A stretch of 63,183 bases of DNA, filler included, from Globobulimina sp. (GCA_003354225.1; 41 parts of 41 records of this genome joined end to end with filler, not necessarily neighbours in it); one strand, 5' to 3'; numbered from the whole stretch's first letter, positions 49,402 to 61,147 are shown. Numbers and translations: made by a program. Notes: generated by a model not told the origin, from the letters alone.

Positions 49402-50844
49402 CGGAAAATTGATAGATTGATAAAGAAAAAAAAGGATTATGGATCGATGGAATCACGGTACATAGGTGGCATAGCAAGAGTATGCACCAAAGAAGCTATA
49501 GAAATTGGCATAAAATATTTTCAACAAAATAAAAATAAAAACATTGAGAGAAAAGCATATGAAGAAGGTTTATGTTCATTGGTTGATATTAAACATGGAT
49601 CATCGACTTGGTATTATTTTAAAAATATAATACAAAGATTTTGTAATGATCCAAATAATATTGAAATACATTCAAGTGATGGAGGTGATGATATATCTGA
49701 GATTTATGATGAAAGCGATGAAATATCAGAGTTTGATGATGAAATTAAAGATGGTTTTTGCCATCTGTGCAATGGTCATACTAAAGAGAATGGTAAAATG
49801 ATACATGGATATCCATCATTAATGTGTTGTGAATGTGGAAGAGATGCTCATCCATTTTGTGAACCAACTATGAAATATTATTTACCAGTAAATTTTGATT
49901 GTGTGCCTAAAACAAATTTGCATGAATATAGACAAAATTGTATTAATGAATTGCAAAAAGATTTTAAATGTTCACATTGTTTGCATGGAAAAGAAACAAA
50001 ATTAAAAAATATTTATGTGGACCATAAAGGAAAACATATTAGTTCCATTTATGTTGTATTAAACTGTGATAAATATATTAAAATCAAAGAAAAAGACGCA
50101 AATAACAATATTATTGATATTAAACAATATAATGTTCGGAAACACAAAACGTTGATAAGATTTGTGTCTGAAAAGATTGAAAACTGGAAAATTAATGAAG
50201 ATAAAATGAAAAAATCTATTTCAAAGTATCAAGATCAAAGTAATGATACAAAATATGAAACACCAAACTACAAACCATACATTTATTTATTCGCAGATTC
50301 TGGTGTTCCTTCAGGAGGATTGAAAGTGTGTGACACACTAACAAACGCCGAAAAAAAATGGATTTATTCAAAGTTAGATTTTATGTTTTATCCTCGATAT
50401 GATCGCCGTTTACCGAATTATTTTGATATTCCAAACACTACAGATTATAGTTACGGTGATAAACGAAGAACGAATAATGTTTGGGACCGATTAAAATTAT
50501 ATTTTGGTTATTGGTACTCGTATAATAAGACTGGAACAAAAAAATGGATGAAATTAAATACAAATAATTTGACACCTTCTCGTTTGAGTGTGTATGCATT
50601 TTTGAAACTTAGAAATCAAGCCATTTGGGATAAAATGTTTTTCATTCCAAATATGTTACAAATAAACAGATATCAAGGAAACAAAGGTATCAATCAACAT
50701 CACGATGAAATATTTTGGTTTCAAAAACCAATACATTCGACAAGAATTGGAGGCTTTGCCAAACTACATTTTGGTATGATTGGCAATTATGGGAAAGTCA
50801 TTAAACAGTTGAAACATTTAGATATACAGGTAAATGATGGTGAT
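49402..50844 (+). CDS. PHD finger + ALKBH5-like AlkB 2OG-Fe(II) dioxygenase fusion (open at both ends)
   Basis: PHD CHLC..MCCECGRDAHPFC..FKCSHC; RLKLYFGYWYSY; PNMLQINRYQGNKGINQHHDEIFWFQKPIHS..LHFG with an HxD iron ligand. Confidence 0.75.
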
Positions 50845-50944
50845 NNNNNNNNNNNNNNNNNNNNNNNNNNNNNNNNNNNNNNNNNNNNTTAATTAATTAA
50901 NNNNNNNNNNNNNNNNNNNNNNNNNNNNNNNNNNNNNNNNNNNN

Positions 50945-51145
50945 TATTGCTGTTTCATTTTCAAATTTCAGTGTCTCATTTATTTTGTGTGATATTTCGT
51001 CAATTTTTGCTGTTTTTTCAATGGAAATAGGAATTGGATCACATCCTTTTAAGTTTACTAATTGTGCTTTCAACTCAATACATTTACAATCATCTTCGTT
51101 TGTTGGTTCGTCTCCGTCATTCTTTGTTTCTGCTTGTTGAGACAT
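50945..51145 (-). CDS. N-terminal fragment, possibly a ubiquitin-like domain
   Basis: IELK..L.G..IPISIEKTAKIDEI..KI resembles the beta-grasp N-terminal pattern. Confidence 0.35.
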
Positions 51146-51227
51146 TACCGATCTGGCGCTGGACGAACAAATGCAGTGAACTGCAGTTGGATTTTGTTAG
51201 TTTTGTAACTTAAAAAAATGTAAACTT

Positions 51228-52387
51228 ATGTGGATCATGGACAGTCTCTGCAATAAATTACTTCACTGTGAAAAACATCTGTACGGTGTAACAATGCCGC
51301 CAAGAAACAAAAAGAAAAAGAAGCAACCAAAGAAATCCAGAGAGCAACTAAAAAAAGATAGAAACAAACTAAAAGCGCAAAATAAACATCAAAAGCAGCA
51401 CAGAAAAAAGAAAAAAAAAGGCAATAAATGGAACGAATACAGTGATTTAACTCACACAGAATTATTGCAAATTTTGCACAAAGGATATAAAGAATTGAAT
51501 GTAGATTCTATTCAAAGCTTAAAACGAAGCAGGAAAAATTTAAAATTTAAGCAACAAGTATTGGCAGAATGTTTCAATTTGGTTTGGATAAAATGTGACA
51601 ATAAAGTATGCAAAGCAGAGTTTCTGTCAACAAAATTAATTTTATTGACTATCTTACTCAGAGATTTTAAATTGGATTTGAGCTCATCACAAAATTTCTT
51701 CAGCCCCAACGATGATGACACTTTATATGATCGCACCTCCTTACTCTGCCAGACATGTTTATCGCCGATGATTCAATTCAATTTAGAATATATTCATATG
51801 TCTGATTCGTATCTCTCATCGCTGAAATTGTTAATATTGCAACAATTACACTTCTCATTGTTTCAGTATGTGGCTCGTGATGCTTTGGGTGATGACATTT
51901 CATGCAACCGGGCAGACATACTTCATACGGGTTGGCATGCCACAATAAAACAGAAATTAGAGAAATGGTGGATTTCACAAATCAACTTTCGGACTAAAAC
52001 CTTGATCCATTGGGCTGTGCATCAGGGCGTGTATTTGGATGTGGTGTTTCCATATTTTTCAATGTTTAAAGATAACATATTAAGCACAGACAGACCGCGT
52101 AAAGAATGTGAACAGGATTTGTTTGATCCGTTAAACTTATCAATAAATGAAAAGGAGAATGTGAATAAGTTGGGCATTCCTGAGTTTATTTGCATGCAAT
52201 TGGGTGCAACTCTCGGTAGTGCATTATTGGAAAGAAAGAGACTGTTTGAAAAGGAGGAGTTTGCTGCATTGTGTAAAATTGATGTGATATATGATCGTGA
52301 TTTGGAATATGTGTACATGCGAATAGCAGATTTATTTGATGAAGGCCGATTGAAATGGTTACAGACAGACAAAGGCCATCAAGTCTA
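51228..52387 (+). CDS. Hypothetical protein with Lys-rich N-terminus (3' partial)
   Basis: Long ORF; likely start MPPRNKKKK at 51294. Confidence 0.6.
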
Positions 52388-52721
52388 NNNNNNNNNNNNN
52401 NNNNNNNNNNNNNNNNNNNNNNNNNNNNNNNTTAATTAATTAANNNNNNNNNNNNNNNNNNNNNNNNNNNNNNNNNNNNNNNNNNNNTTGTCCATATAAC
52501 AATAATAAACATCGTAGAGAGAATTTTACTGTCAACTTTCTGGAACCAGGCGAGTATTTTATTCATTTAGTCCCATATATCAATGGGATGGGGACATATA
52601 GAATTGATATTGAATGCAGCACTATTATTTTACAACCGACATATTTACCCACCACAAATCCAAGTTGAGTAACACCACAACACACAAACAGATTGATTGT
52701 TTATATCTAATTATCTACACA

Positions 52722-53930
52722 GCCACGGCCAGCGTACCTACAATTGATTTATGTGCAGCAGATTATGTTGTTTCAGCTGAATGGACATCGCCGATATTTG
52801 ATGAGATATCAGTTTATTTCAGAAATTATAACCAATATCTACAATTTGATGATTTTATGCTGTTGAATATGAACGAATGTACATCTATTTTTGCGGAGAC
52901 TACTTTGGATTTACTTAAAGATGCAGATTGTTCGTGGACTTTAGAGCAACATACTATTGTTTTAAAGATTGAGTTAACAACAAAGTCAAGTATTGATTTG
53001 GAAGATATTTTGCTTTTAAGAGCAAATGTAATTAACTTCCAATGTATGATTGATGATGAAATGACTACAATAGCAACCACAAATATTTCCATACATGGAT
53101 TAAACAAAGATTTGCAGGCTACGCCACCAAATATTATTATATCTTCATTGCCGACACAAATTGGTTTATGCGATGATTTAATATTAGATGCTCGATCGAC
53201 CACAGGCTTAGGTCATAGACAACAAGCAATATTTGAATGGGAGATCAGTGTTAATGGTCAACATATTATTGGCTATGATGGCGGGGCATATATTATGTTG
53301 GCAAACGATGAGTTAATACAATTAGCAACGTACACTATAACGTTAACTGTAACAAATTGGTATAATGCATCGGCATTTGAATCGTTTGATGTTTATGTGT
53401 GGAACGTAGCTATTCCCAATGTTTGGTTGGAAGGAATATCACATTATGATTCTACAAATAAAAATTTAAATGGAATGGTTGATATTCACGCAAACATTGA
53501 GTTTAATGATACATGTTTAGATGGTCACAATTTACAATATGCTGTAACGTGGAATGTATCCGTAAATCCGATATATGATAACCCCGATGGTATAAACCTA
53601 GAGTTATTATCAGATTTAAATAGTTTTTTAACAGATGTTTCTGCTGTTAATCTGGTGACATTGTCCATTGATGCAAATAAATACTTAGAGAGTGGATTGG
53701 TTTATTTATTTTCAATGAATTTAGAATGTATTGGTGACTATCAATGTGATATAGATTCAACACATAAATTGATATATGAAGAGGGTGATATTCAATGTGG
53801 CATTATTGGTAATGATATCATATTAAATGATGTTGATCCAATTAATTATTTAAAAGATATTGTCATCGAATTGAATGGATTGTTATTGACTCACGATCCA
53901 GAAAAAAATCACTTGGAATGGGAATGGGAC
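52722..53930 (+). CDS. REJ/PKD-like domain protein, internal fragment
   Basis: IGLCDDLILDARSTTGLG....FEW, YTITLTVTNW and L.G..THDPE..LEWEW motifs. Confidence 0.75.
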
Positions 53931-54666
53931 NNNNNNNNNNNNNNNNNNNNNNNNNNNNNNNNNNNNNNNNNNNNTTAATTAATTAANNNNNNNNNNNNNN
54001 NNNNNNNNNNNNNNNNNNNNNNNNNNNNNNCATAATTTTAAACAATTAAAAAATATATGGTGTCATAATGATTATTATACAGCCGATTCAATTTCAAAGT
54101 TTACTCAAATATGTAATCAAAATAATTTTAAACATATTGGTGCAAATAATGAACAATATCAACATCGATTAAAAGAAATATTATTAAAATTAGGTAACAT
54201 ATGCATTGAAATAGTGAAAATTATTGCTACCAAACAAAAAAATGCTGAACCAATCACTCAATCGCAGTTATTTGCTTGTTGTCAAGATTTGAAAATACTA
54301 TGTGGTAAAAGAAAATTGAAAATGATGTATTTTGTGTGTGAATTAGAAAAGCATGGATGTCTTCATTATGACTTCATAAATGCACATTCAGGATATTTGA
54401 CAATACCATTTTCAAAAGGTGTTATAAAAAATGTACTGGAAAATATTTGACAAAAATGATGTTATATTTGACAAAATGATATCAAACCTTACTCACAAGA
54501 AATATTTCTGACACTTGCGTCACAAAAACAACATTCGCAAATTACTTGACAAAAACACGCGTACGATATTACAAACTACATCTCCTACCATTTTGTGTTT
54601 CATTTGAATTTGTTTCATTATTGCATTGGAACGAGTGTTGCTGAAAATCTTCAAAACACTAAGAAA

Positions 54667-55302
54667 TCAATCAAGACTGGGTATATCATTATGCATTTGG
54701 TTTAAGGAGACATGAGAGTCATTCGCGTCGTCCTCTGCTTGTAACCGATAGTACCGATCCCGATTCCTATTCCTTTCTTTGTCTTTTATAAATTGCACAG
54801 TTTTCTTAATGCCATGATCCAAAGTCACAATGGGTTTATATCCTAAATCGCGGGTCGCCTTTGCATGACTGAACCAACGATGCGACGCCATCATGCAAAC
54901 CATCTGCCGCGTTATAATTGGCTTCCATCCAAATATCCACCCAATTATCATATAAATAAACTCCATCAAAAGTGCCAAGCAATAGGCGACATTGTAAGAG
55001 ATATATTTCGTTGGTCGCGGACAGCCAAATTGCTGTAAGATGGCACCTAAAAATGACCAAAACAAAGTTGGTTCTCCATTCGTGATAAAGTAAACCTGTC
55101 CGGCGGCACTGACACAATTCGGATTGTCACAAAGTGACTTTGCATAAACCACATTATCAACATAGGTAAAATCGGTGATGTTATGTCCTTCGCCAATCAT
55201 ATGAGATATTTTGCCGTCGCTGGCTTTCTCAATAATTTGTGAGATAAAATGTGTATTGCGAGGCCCAAATACGCAGTGTGGTCGTAATGCGCATGTCAAT
55301 AA
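54667..55302 (-). CDS. NSDHL: 3-beta-hydroxysteroid dehydrogenase/NSDHL-like, C-terminal half (5' end replaced by a PFOR fragment)
   Basis: LTCALRPHCVFGPR, IGEGHNITDFTYVDNV, AGQVYFITNGEP..FW, FSHAKATRDLGYKP. Confidence 0.8.
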   Translation of the reverse strand, partial: LLTCALRPHCVFGPRNTHFISQIIEKASDGKISHMIGEGHNITDFTYVDNVVYAKSLCDNPNCVSAAGQVYFITNGEPTLFWSFLGAILQQFGCPRPTKYISYNVAYCLALLMEFIYMIIGWIFGWKPIITRQMVCMMASHRWFSHAKATRDLGYKPIVTLDHGIKKTVQFIKDKERNRNRDRYYRLQAEDDANDSHVSLNQMHNDIPSLD

Positions 55303-55473
55303 CTTATTGAGTTCGTCGATGGTTTGTTCCACCGTATCGCAGCCACTCCCCATCAAAACCACGCATCGATCTGCATTCTCTGCGCCATAATAGTCAAATA
55401 ATTGGTATTTACGACCAAATATGCGATGAATTAATTAGCTGTGCCGCATTGGTATAGTACTGATTGTTGGCAA
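55303..55473 (-). pseudogene. Pyruvate:ferredoxin oxidoreductase (PFOR/NifJ-type) fragment
   Basis: ANNQYYTNAAQLI /frameshift/ IHRIFGRKYQLFDYYGAENADRCVVLMGSGCDTVEQTIDELN matches the PFOR domain I/II boundary consensus. Confidence 0.8.
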
Positions 55474-55852
55474 NNNNNNNNNNNNNNNNNNNNNNNNNNN
55501 NNNNNNNNNNNNNNNNNTTAATTAATTAANNNNNNNNNNNNNNNNNNNNNNNNNNNNNNNNNNNNNNNNNNNNTGGAGAAGAAGATATTTGCAGAGAGAT
55601 TTATGTATAAATTAGTAAAATTAATGTGTTCCTCGTCGATGCCGTACGGAAATGATAAATACCATAAGAACGAGCCGATTTGGAAGGGAATGCTATCGAT
55701 TTAACAAACAAACACAAAACAAAATAATCAAACACTGATAATCATTTCACATAACTAAAAAGAAAAGAAACAGTGCGACAAAACAAAGAGCATACATCAT
55801 TTGACAAGATCGAAAAATGAAATAACAAAAACAAAAAACAAATACGCGTACG

Positions 55853-56917
55853 TTAGGTCACCGCAGTTAGAACAATATTTTTCTTACGAAACTTCTTATT
55901 TTTAATTTCTTTTAATTGTTTGAAATATTTATCCTGATAAAATATCCACCACATAGCCAGAGAGGCGACAGACACCAAAACAACTGTATTTTGAAGCAAC
56001 TGATCACGAGGATGCATAAATAATAATTCTAAAAACGTGTTATGTAATATTGCCTCAATATATTCATCAGTACACCAAATGTGCAATATCTGTCTTTGCC
56101 ACTCATCACTTTCAATCACACCTTGTGTAGATTCATTAATGCCGTTTAATTTTTTCCTAAATAATTTCAACGCGTCTTCTTTGTTAAATAATCCGTTATA
56201 TTTCATAGCGCGCGTAACCGACACACCAATAACGATATTATTCATTTTTATGGAATAATCTGTTTTTTTCCAGTGCGGCCACCAATATTTTATTGCCATT
56301 TCTGTTTTTAATAACTTTGCACCAAAACATTGCTTCAATATTTCAAACGAGAAACCTTCAGATAACTCAGAACAGCCACCCGCATTCTCTTCGGTCATAA
56401 TTTGCACGGCACCCTCTGATAAACGCATTTGTGGCGGATCCAATGAGGTTAGAAAAGCGTTTCTGACATACAATGGTGTTTCTATATTGTTTTCTATTAT
56501 AAATGGCAAAATATTTTCATATTCATTGTTCATAAATATTGCATATTGTTTGTTATTTTTTGTTATATTTATTTCGTTACATTTGACAAACGATATAACA
56601 TTGCTTTGATTATTTTGATTATGCTTTGTGTTTGGAGAGAAATTTAAAATTGAACGAAGTGCTATTTTTTGAGTTGATGTTGTATTTAATGGTCGATTAA
56701 CAGAAATGCATCGCCCATAGCGATGCCAAAATGTTTTGTTGTTTATCTCCCACACAACATTCAAATTGACCGCTTGCTTTTGACGGGTCGTATTGTTGTG
56801 TTGTGTTGGTAAAAACACACCATCCATGCCGCTGTTGATCAAAATACCAACGGCGATTTGTGTTGCTGCAAACGTAACGACAACTATTATTATTGCTATT
56901 GTTGTTAGTTTGAACAT
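55853..56917 (-). CDS. AAC4-like protein with N-terminal membrane anchor
   Basis: ENAGGCSELSE..SFEIL...FGAKLLKTEM.IKY....KKTDY...IGVSVTRAM...KKL.GI..ST..V...W.RQILHIW. Confidence 0.75.
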   Translation of the reverse strand: MFKLTTIAIIIVVVTFAATQIAVGILINSGMDGVFLPTQHNNTTRQKQAVNLNVVWEINNKTFWHRYGRCISVNRPLNTTSTQKIALRSILNFSPNTKHNQNNQSNVISFVKCNEINITKNNKQYAIFMNNEYENILPFIIENNIETPLYVRNAFLTSLDPPQMRLSEGAVQIMTEENAGGCSELSEGFSFEILKQCFGAKLLKTEMAIKYWWPHWKKTDYSIKMNNIVIGVSVTRAMKYNGLFNKEDALKLFRKKLNGINESTQGVIESDEWQRQILHIWCTDEYIEAILHNTFLELLFMHPRDQLLQNTVVLVSVASLAMWWIFYQDKYFKQLKEIKNKKFRKKNIVLTAVT

Positions 56918-57115
56918 TTGTGCGGTTGGTTGTGGTGTTTGTGGACATGAAAGTCATTGTTTGTAAAAAAAGGGAAATGATTTAGAAACTTTTGAAGAGT
57001 TTTCGTTAAAAATCTNNNNNNNNNNNNNNNNNNNNNNNNNNNNNNNNNNNNNNNNNNNNTTAATTAATTAANNNNNNNNNNNNNNNNNNNNNNNNNNNNN
57101 NNNNNNNNNNNNNNN

Positions 57116-57212
57116 TTTCTTTAATTTCTTTCTCAGATTTCACAGCACGCTGCCAATTAACAAGAGCCGTGGCATCTAAAAAAGTTGCCTCGGGAAGATT
57201 TTTTTGCAGCGA
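57116..57212 (-). CDS. Fragment of a bacterial M24-family ectoine hydrolase (DoeA/EutD-like)
   Basis: SLQKNLPEATFLDATALVNWQRAVKSEKEI; only ~32 codons, fused to eukaryotic sequence. Confidence 0.6.
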
Positions 57213-57422
57213 AATTATATTTTTCGAATCGCAAAAGAAAATATTACAAAATGGAAAACCAGCGCATAAACTTTGCGGCAAATTTTTATTAACAAGATAT
57301 ATGAAGGAGATGAAAATAAAGAAGAAAAAGAACAAGAAAAAGAAAGACTGCAGTTTTCATATTTCAAAATAATATAACTGTGCAAGGATAAAACGTCTGA
57401 ATGAATTGTATATAATGTTAAT

Positions 57423-58557
57423 TTATACAAATTTAAATTTTATAAATCTCACGTAGTGATTTATTGCAATGATTAGGTCTTGAAACTGTGTCATGTTTTT
57501 CTTAATTTGCTTATAATTATGACATAGATCTTTCTGCCTATCATTACTAATAATTACATGATGAATTACATATTGCATCCACGGCGCGGTCATAACAAAG
57601 CCACTATCATAAAATTCAAATTTCAATTGCTTCATTGTAAAATACTTTGGATAAATATACTTTGGGTAAATATGCTCAAATAATGCATTGATTGTGTCAC
57701 AACGACGATATCTTGGACTTATCAGCCCATTTAACATTGATCCAAATTCTTGTATGATATAAACGTAAGAATGCAGATTTTGTAATAATTTATGTGGAAT
57801 TATGACTTGTTCAAATATGCGTTGCATTTTATTTATTGCCGTGTCACATAACATTGTATCAAGTGAGTTGAATGAAAACAAAGCGGGCGAGGGAATATAA
57901 CAAAATTCATCCTCTTCGATTGCAAAGAAACACAATAATAATTGTCGCAGCTCTTCATCACTGTCATATGTCGCATTATTGTGTCGCAGTCGTATTTGAG
58001 CCAATAAATGTAAAAAATTGCGAGGATCATCTCCTAAATGCGAGCATGAACAATATGTACAATAAAATATTCGTATTGAATGTGCTAATTTTGCCTTATT
58101 TACTGGAGTGTCAATATATATTTGAACATTTAATGTGAGTTTGTCCATCTCAAATAATATATTATTTCTATCACTTGCATGCATATGCTTTTTAATGATA
58201 TTTGTTAAAAAAAAAGGAAAAAAATAAAAAGAATTGTGTATTATTAATGAAATGTCATAACAAAAAGAATACCATTCAGGCTCTACAAAACACGTTATTT
58301 GCTGCGTCAGAGACGAAATATAATCGCAATGAGGCAATATTGCTTTGTATGTCAGCTGTTGTTCTTGTTCATAATATTTAGTTTTAAAGCGATGGCGATG
58401 GCAATGGCTATCATCAAAGTAGTCGTAGTCGAATAAATTTATCGACAATGGTTGTTCCATATTTTCAAAAATCTCAATTAATTTTTCCTTTTTTAGTAAT
58501 TTATTGTTCAATATAACAATCAAAGCTCTCAAATGGCACAAAAATAAATTAAATTCT
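57423..58557 (-). CDS. Hypothetical protein (5' partial)
   Basis: 372-aa ORF with no recognised motif. Confidence 0.55.
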
Positions 58558-58657
58558 NNNNNNNNNNNNNNNNNNNNNNNNNNNNNNNNNNNNNNNNNNN
58601 NTTAATTAATTAANNNNNNNNNNNNNNNNNNNNNNNNNNNNNNNNNNNNNNNNNNNN

Positions 58658-59101
58658 ACGTTTCCATCGACCATTTTGCAGGAAGCAAAAAGTCAATTGG
58701 ATGGACCATTTGATTTGGAGAAATTGTTAACGTTGAAACTTGAAAGTGCTGAATTTGTCAAAGACTCAACGAATGATTCATATCTTTGGGTTCGATCACA
58801 ATTTCGATCACAATTTTTTGATCAACAAGCAAGTCATGCCGCAGTGGATGATATTATTGAAATTGCGTATGAAGATCCAACAAAACTCTCTCGTGCTCAG
58901 TTAAAGATGTTATCAAAAGGGGTTTATTGTACTCGTAATTATGTCATAAAAATTATTGAATCAAAACATAAAATTGCAAAACAAAAACATGAATCATATC
59001 CAAACATTTTTGCTAAGCCACATTCCACGGTCACACAATTTAAAATGGTTTTGGATGAATACATGAATGAGATCAATGAGACCATGTCACATAATTATTA
59101 A
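58658..59101 (+). CDS. Hypothetical protein, C-terminal part
   Basis: 141-aa ORF near the contig start. Confidence 0.45.
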   Translation, partial: TFPSTILQEAKSQLDGPFDLEKLLTLKLESAEFVKDSTNDSYLWVRSQFRSQFFDQQASHAAVDDIIEIAYEDPTKLSRAQLKMLSKGVYCTRNYVIKIIESKHKIAKQKHESYPNIFAKPHSTVTQFKMVLDEYMNEINETMSHNY

Positions 59102-59462
59102 TTAAATAAATAGTTTCACCGCAGTACGTCATGACGCATTTTAATATATGTTACGCTCGTAATGCATTTTGAAAATGTGTGTTTTGTGTTAGTGCTTTGG
59201 GTGTTTTTCGTTTCTTTCATCAAAAACTTTTTTGTCATCGAATATCACCACCAAACCAAACACCAAAACTAAATCGCTCAATATTCTATCTTGTCTATAT
59301 CGCGTCTCAATTATTACGATTTATTAGTAATAGACGGAATTATTAACAACTTTATTAATTATTATTTTAATTAATTTTAGTATTCCTTACTTTCCCTACA
59401 TACATTTTCATCAAATCTCATCAAACCAACACCAGAAATAAATCGCTAAATATTTTTTTAAA

Positions 59463-60099
59463 ATGTTGCTGTTTATTATTAGTGTTTTATTCCTGATGAC
59501 TGTTGTATTTGGTGATAGTTTTTCACACTGTAACGATATCGGACGGTGCTATCAAGAATGCGGATTTACATCAACAGCATCAGAATGTGACACATTGCCA
59601 CCCATTCCAACCAATGAAAACTTAAATGGTGAAATATTAATGTATCGAACATCTCATTCAAATGAAAAGTTTACTAAATATCAACTGCAATGGAACAAAT
59701 ATTCAAATAAAACACGCAATACCATCTCGTTAACAATTGATAGCAGCAAAAAATATCAACAAATTGTTGGATTTGGTGCTGCCTTTACTGACGCAGTGGT
59801 ATTGAATTTGAATAAAATGCAAAACATTGCATCCACACAATATGATAATTCTAACATCATTTATGACATATTATACTCCTATTTTTCGTGGAATGATTCC
59901 AACAAAAACAACCACGGTGGTTCTGGATATTTATATGGCAGAATACCCATCGCATCATGTGACTTCTCACCATATTCATACACATACTTACCAATTGCAA
60001 ACGATTTTGATTTGGAACATTTCCATTTAACTCAACAAGATTTAGGAAATCAAAGCAATCCAAACTTACAATTTGGAAGATTTGATATTATTCATATGG
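59463..60099 (+). CDS. Glycoside hydrolase family 30 (glucosylceramidase-like), secreted, 3' partial
   Basis: Signal peptide; KYQQIVGFGAAFTDA, SYFS, GRIPIASCDFS...YTY....DFDLEHF.L. Confidence 0.92.
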
Positions 60100-60244
60100 N
60101 NNNNNNNNNNNNNNNNNNNNNNNNNNNNNNNNNNNNNNNNNNNTTAATTAATTAANNNNNNNNNNNNNNNNNNNNNNNNNNNNNNNNNNNNNNNNNNNNA
60201 AGATTATTCGATGTAATTACTTAAAGAATTGGTAATTTTAAATA

Positions 60245-60421
60245 AACCACGAAATACACGAAACACACGAAAAGTATTTTAATATTTAGAACGATTGAGC
60301 CGTCTCACGCTTAGCGGGAGGTGTCAGGAGGCCCACTGGAAAGTTGTATTAAGAAAAAAATATCTAAAATTACTGTATAAATAAATACATTATTTTAGTG
60401 TGTTTCGTGTATTTCGTGGTT
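60245..60421. repeat. Bacterial intergenic inverted repeat (REP-like)
   Basis: AACCACGAAATACACGAAACACACGAAAA and its reverse complement ending at 60421 (28/29 identical); a partial CCACGAAA also occurs at ~61617. Confidence 0.85.
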
Positions 60422-60457
60422 GTAAATTATTTTCATAAAAAGGCGAAAATTGCAATT

Positions 60458-61126
60458 ATGATAAAGGAAAACAGACTGACTGAATTTTTGCGGTTTATTA
60501 GTTTAACGTGTGTTATTGGTTTCGGGTTGATGACCATAATCGCCACAGTCGGATCAGGCAATCCTGACTCTTCAAACAACTATTCCGGAACATTCTCCGG
60601 AAATGACAATGGTTACTGGATTGCAATTCTCAACAATACCAGCAACGTTCTTTTGACCTATTCAACGGAACATATTGATGGTGACGGCGGTTATCTTTCT
60701 CCGGATAGTTCTGATTCGTCAGGAAAATCGTATACCAGTACTTCACTGATTTATGGTACCGATTTTACAGTAGAGACCGGGGATGGTGTCTCTGTCGACA
60801 GAAATGGTGGGAACGTAACATATATATCAGGATCAAAGATAACCGGCTCCGAACAAGCCGGCAGTTATTCAGGAATCCTTGGCGGGGATGCGGCAGGTGA
60901 CTGGATGATGTCCGTTCAAAGTAACGGATATATTTCGGGATCGGTTTCAATTGATGGCGAAACATCATCCTTTGAAGGTGGAATCCACCCGGACAGCAGC
61001 TACTTTGTCGTTATTGGTACCGACAGTAACAGTGACGATTTCGTATTATTCGGTCAGATAAACGGCACAGATGTTTCAGGCGGATGGTACAGTGAATTCG
61101 GAATCTGCGGAGACATTAATACTTAA
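60458..61126 (+). CDS. Bacterial exported, Gly/Ser/Asp-rich beta-type protein
   Basis: Basic + hydrophobic leader (LTCVIGFGLMTIIATVGSG); two YSG...GD..G.W internal repeats; intronless, operon-like spacing. Confidence 0.75.
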   Translation: MIKENRLTEFLRFISLTCVIGFGLMTIIATVGSGNPDSSNNYSGTFSGNDNGYWIAILNNTSNVLLTYSTEHIDGDGGYLSPDSSDSSGKSYTSTSLIYGTDFTVETGDGVSVDRNGGNVTYISGSKITGSEQAGSYSGILGGDAAGDWMMSVQSNGYISGSVSIDGETSSFEGGIHPDSSYFVVIGTDSNSDDFVLFGQINGTDVSGGWYSEFGICGDINT

Positions 61127-61147
61127 ATACTATAAGGAGGAATATTC

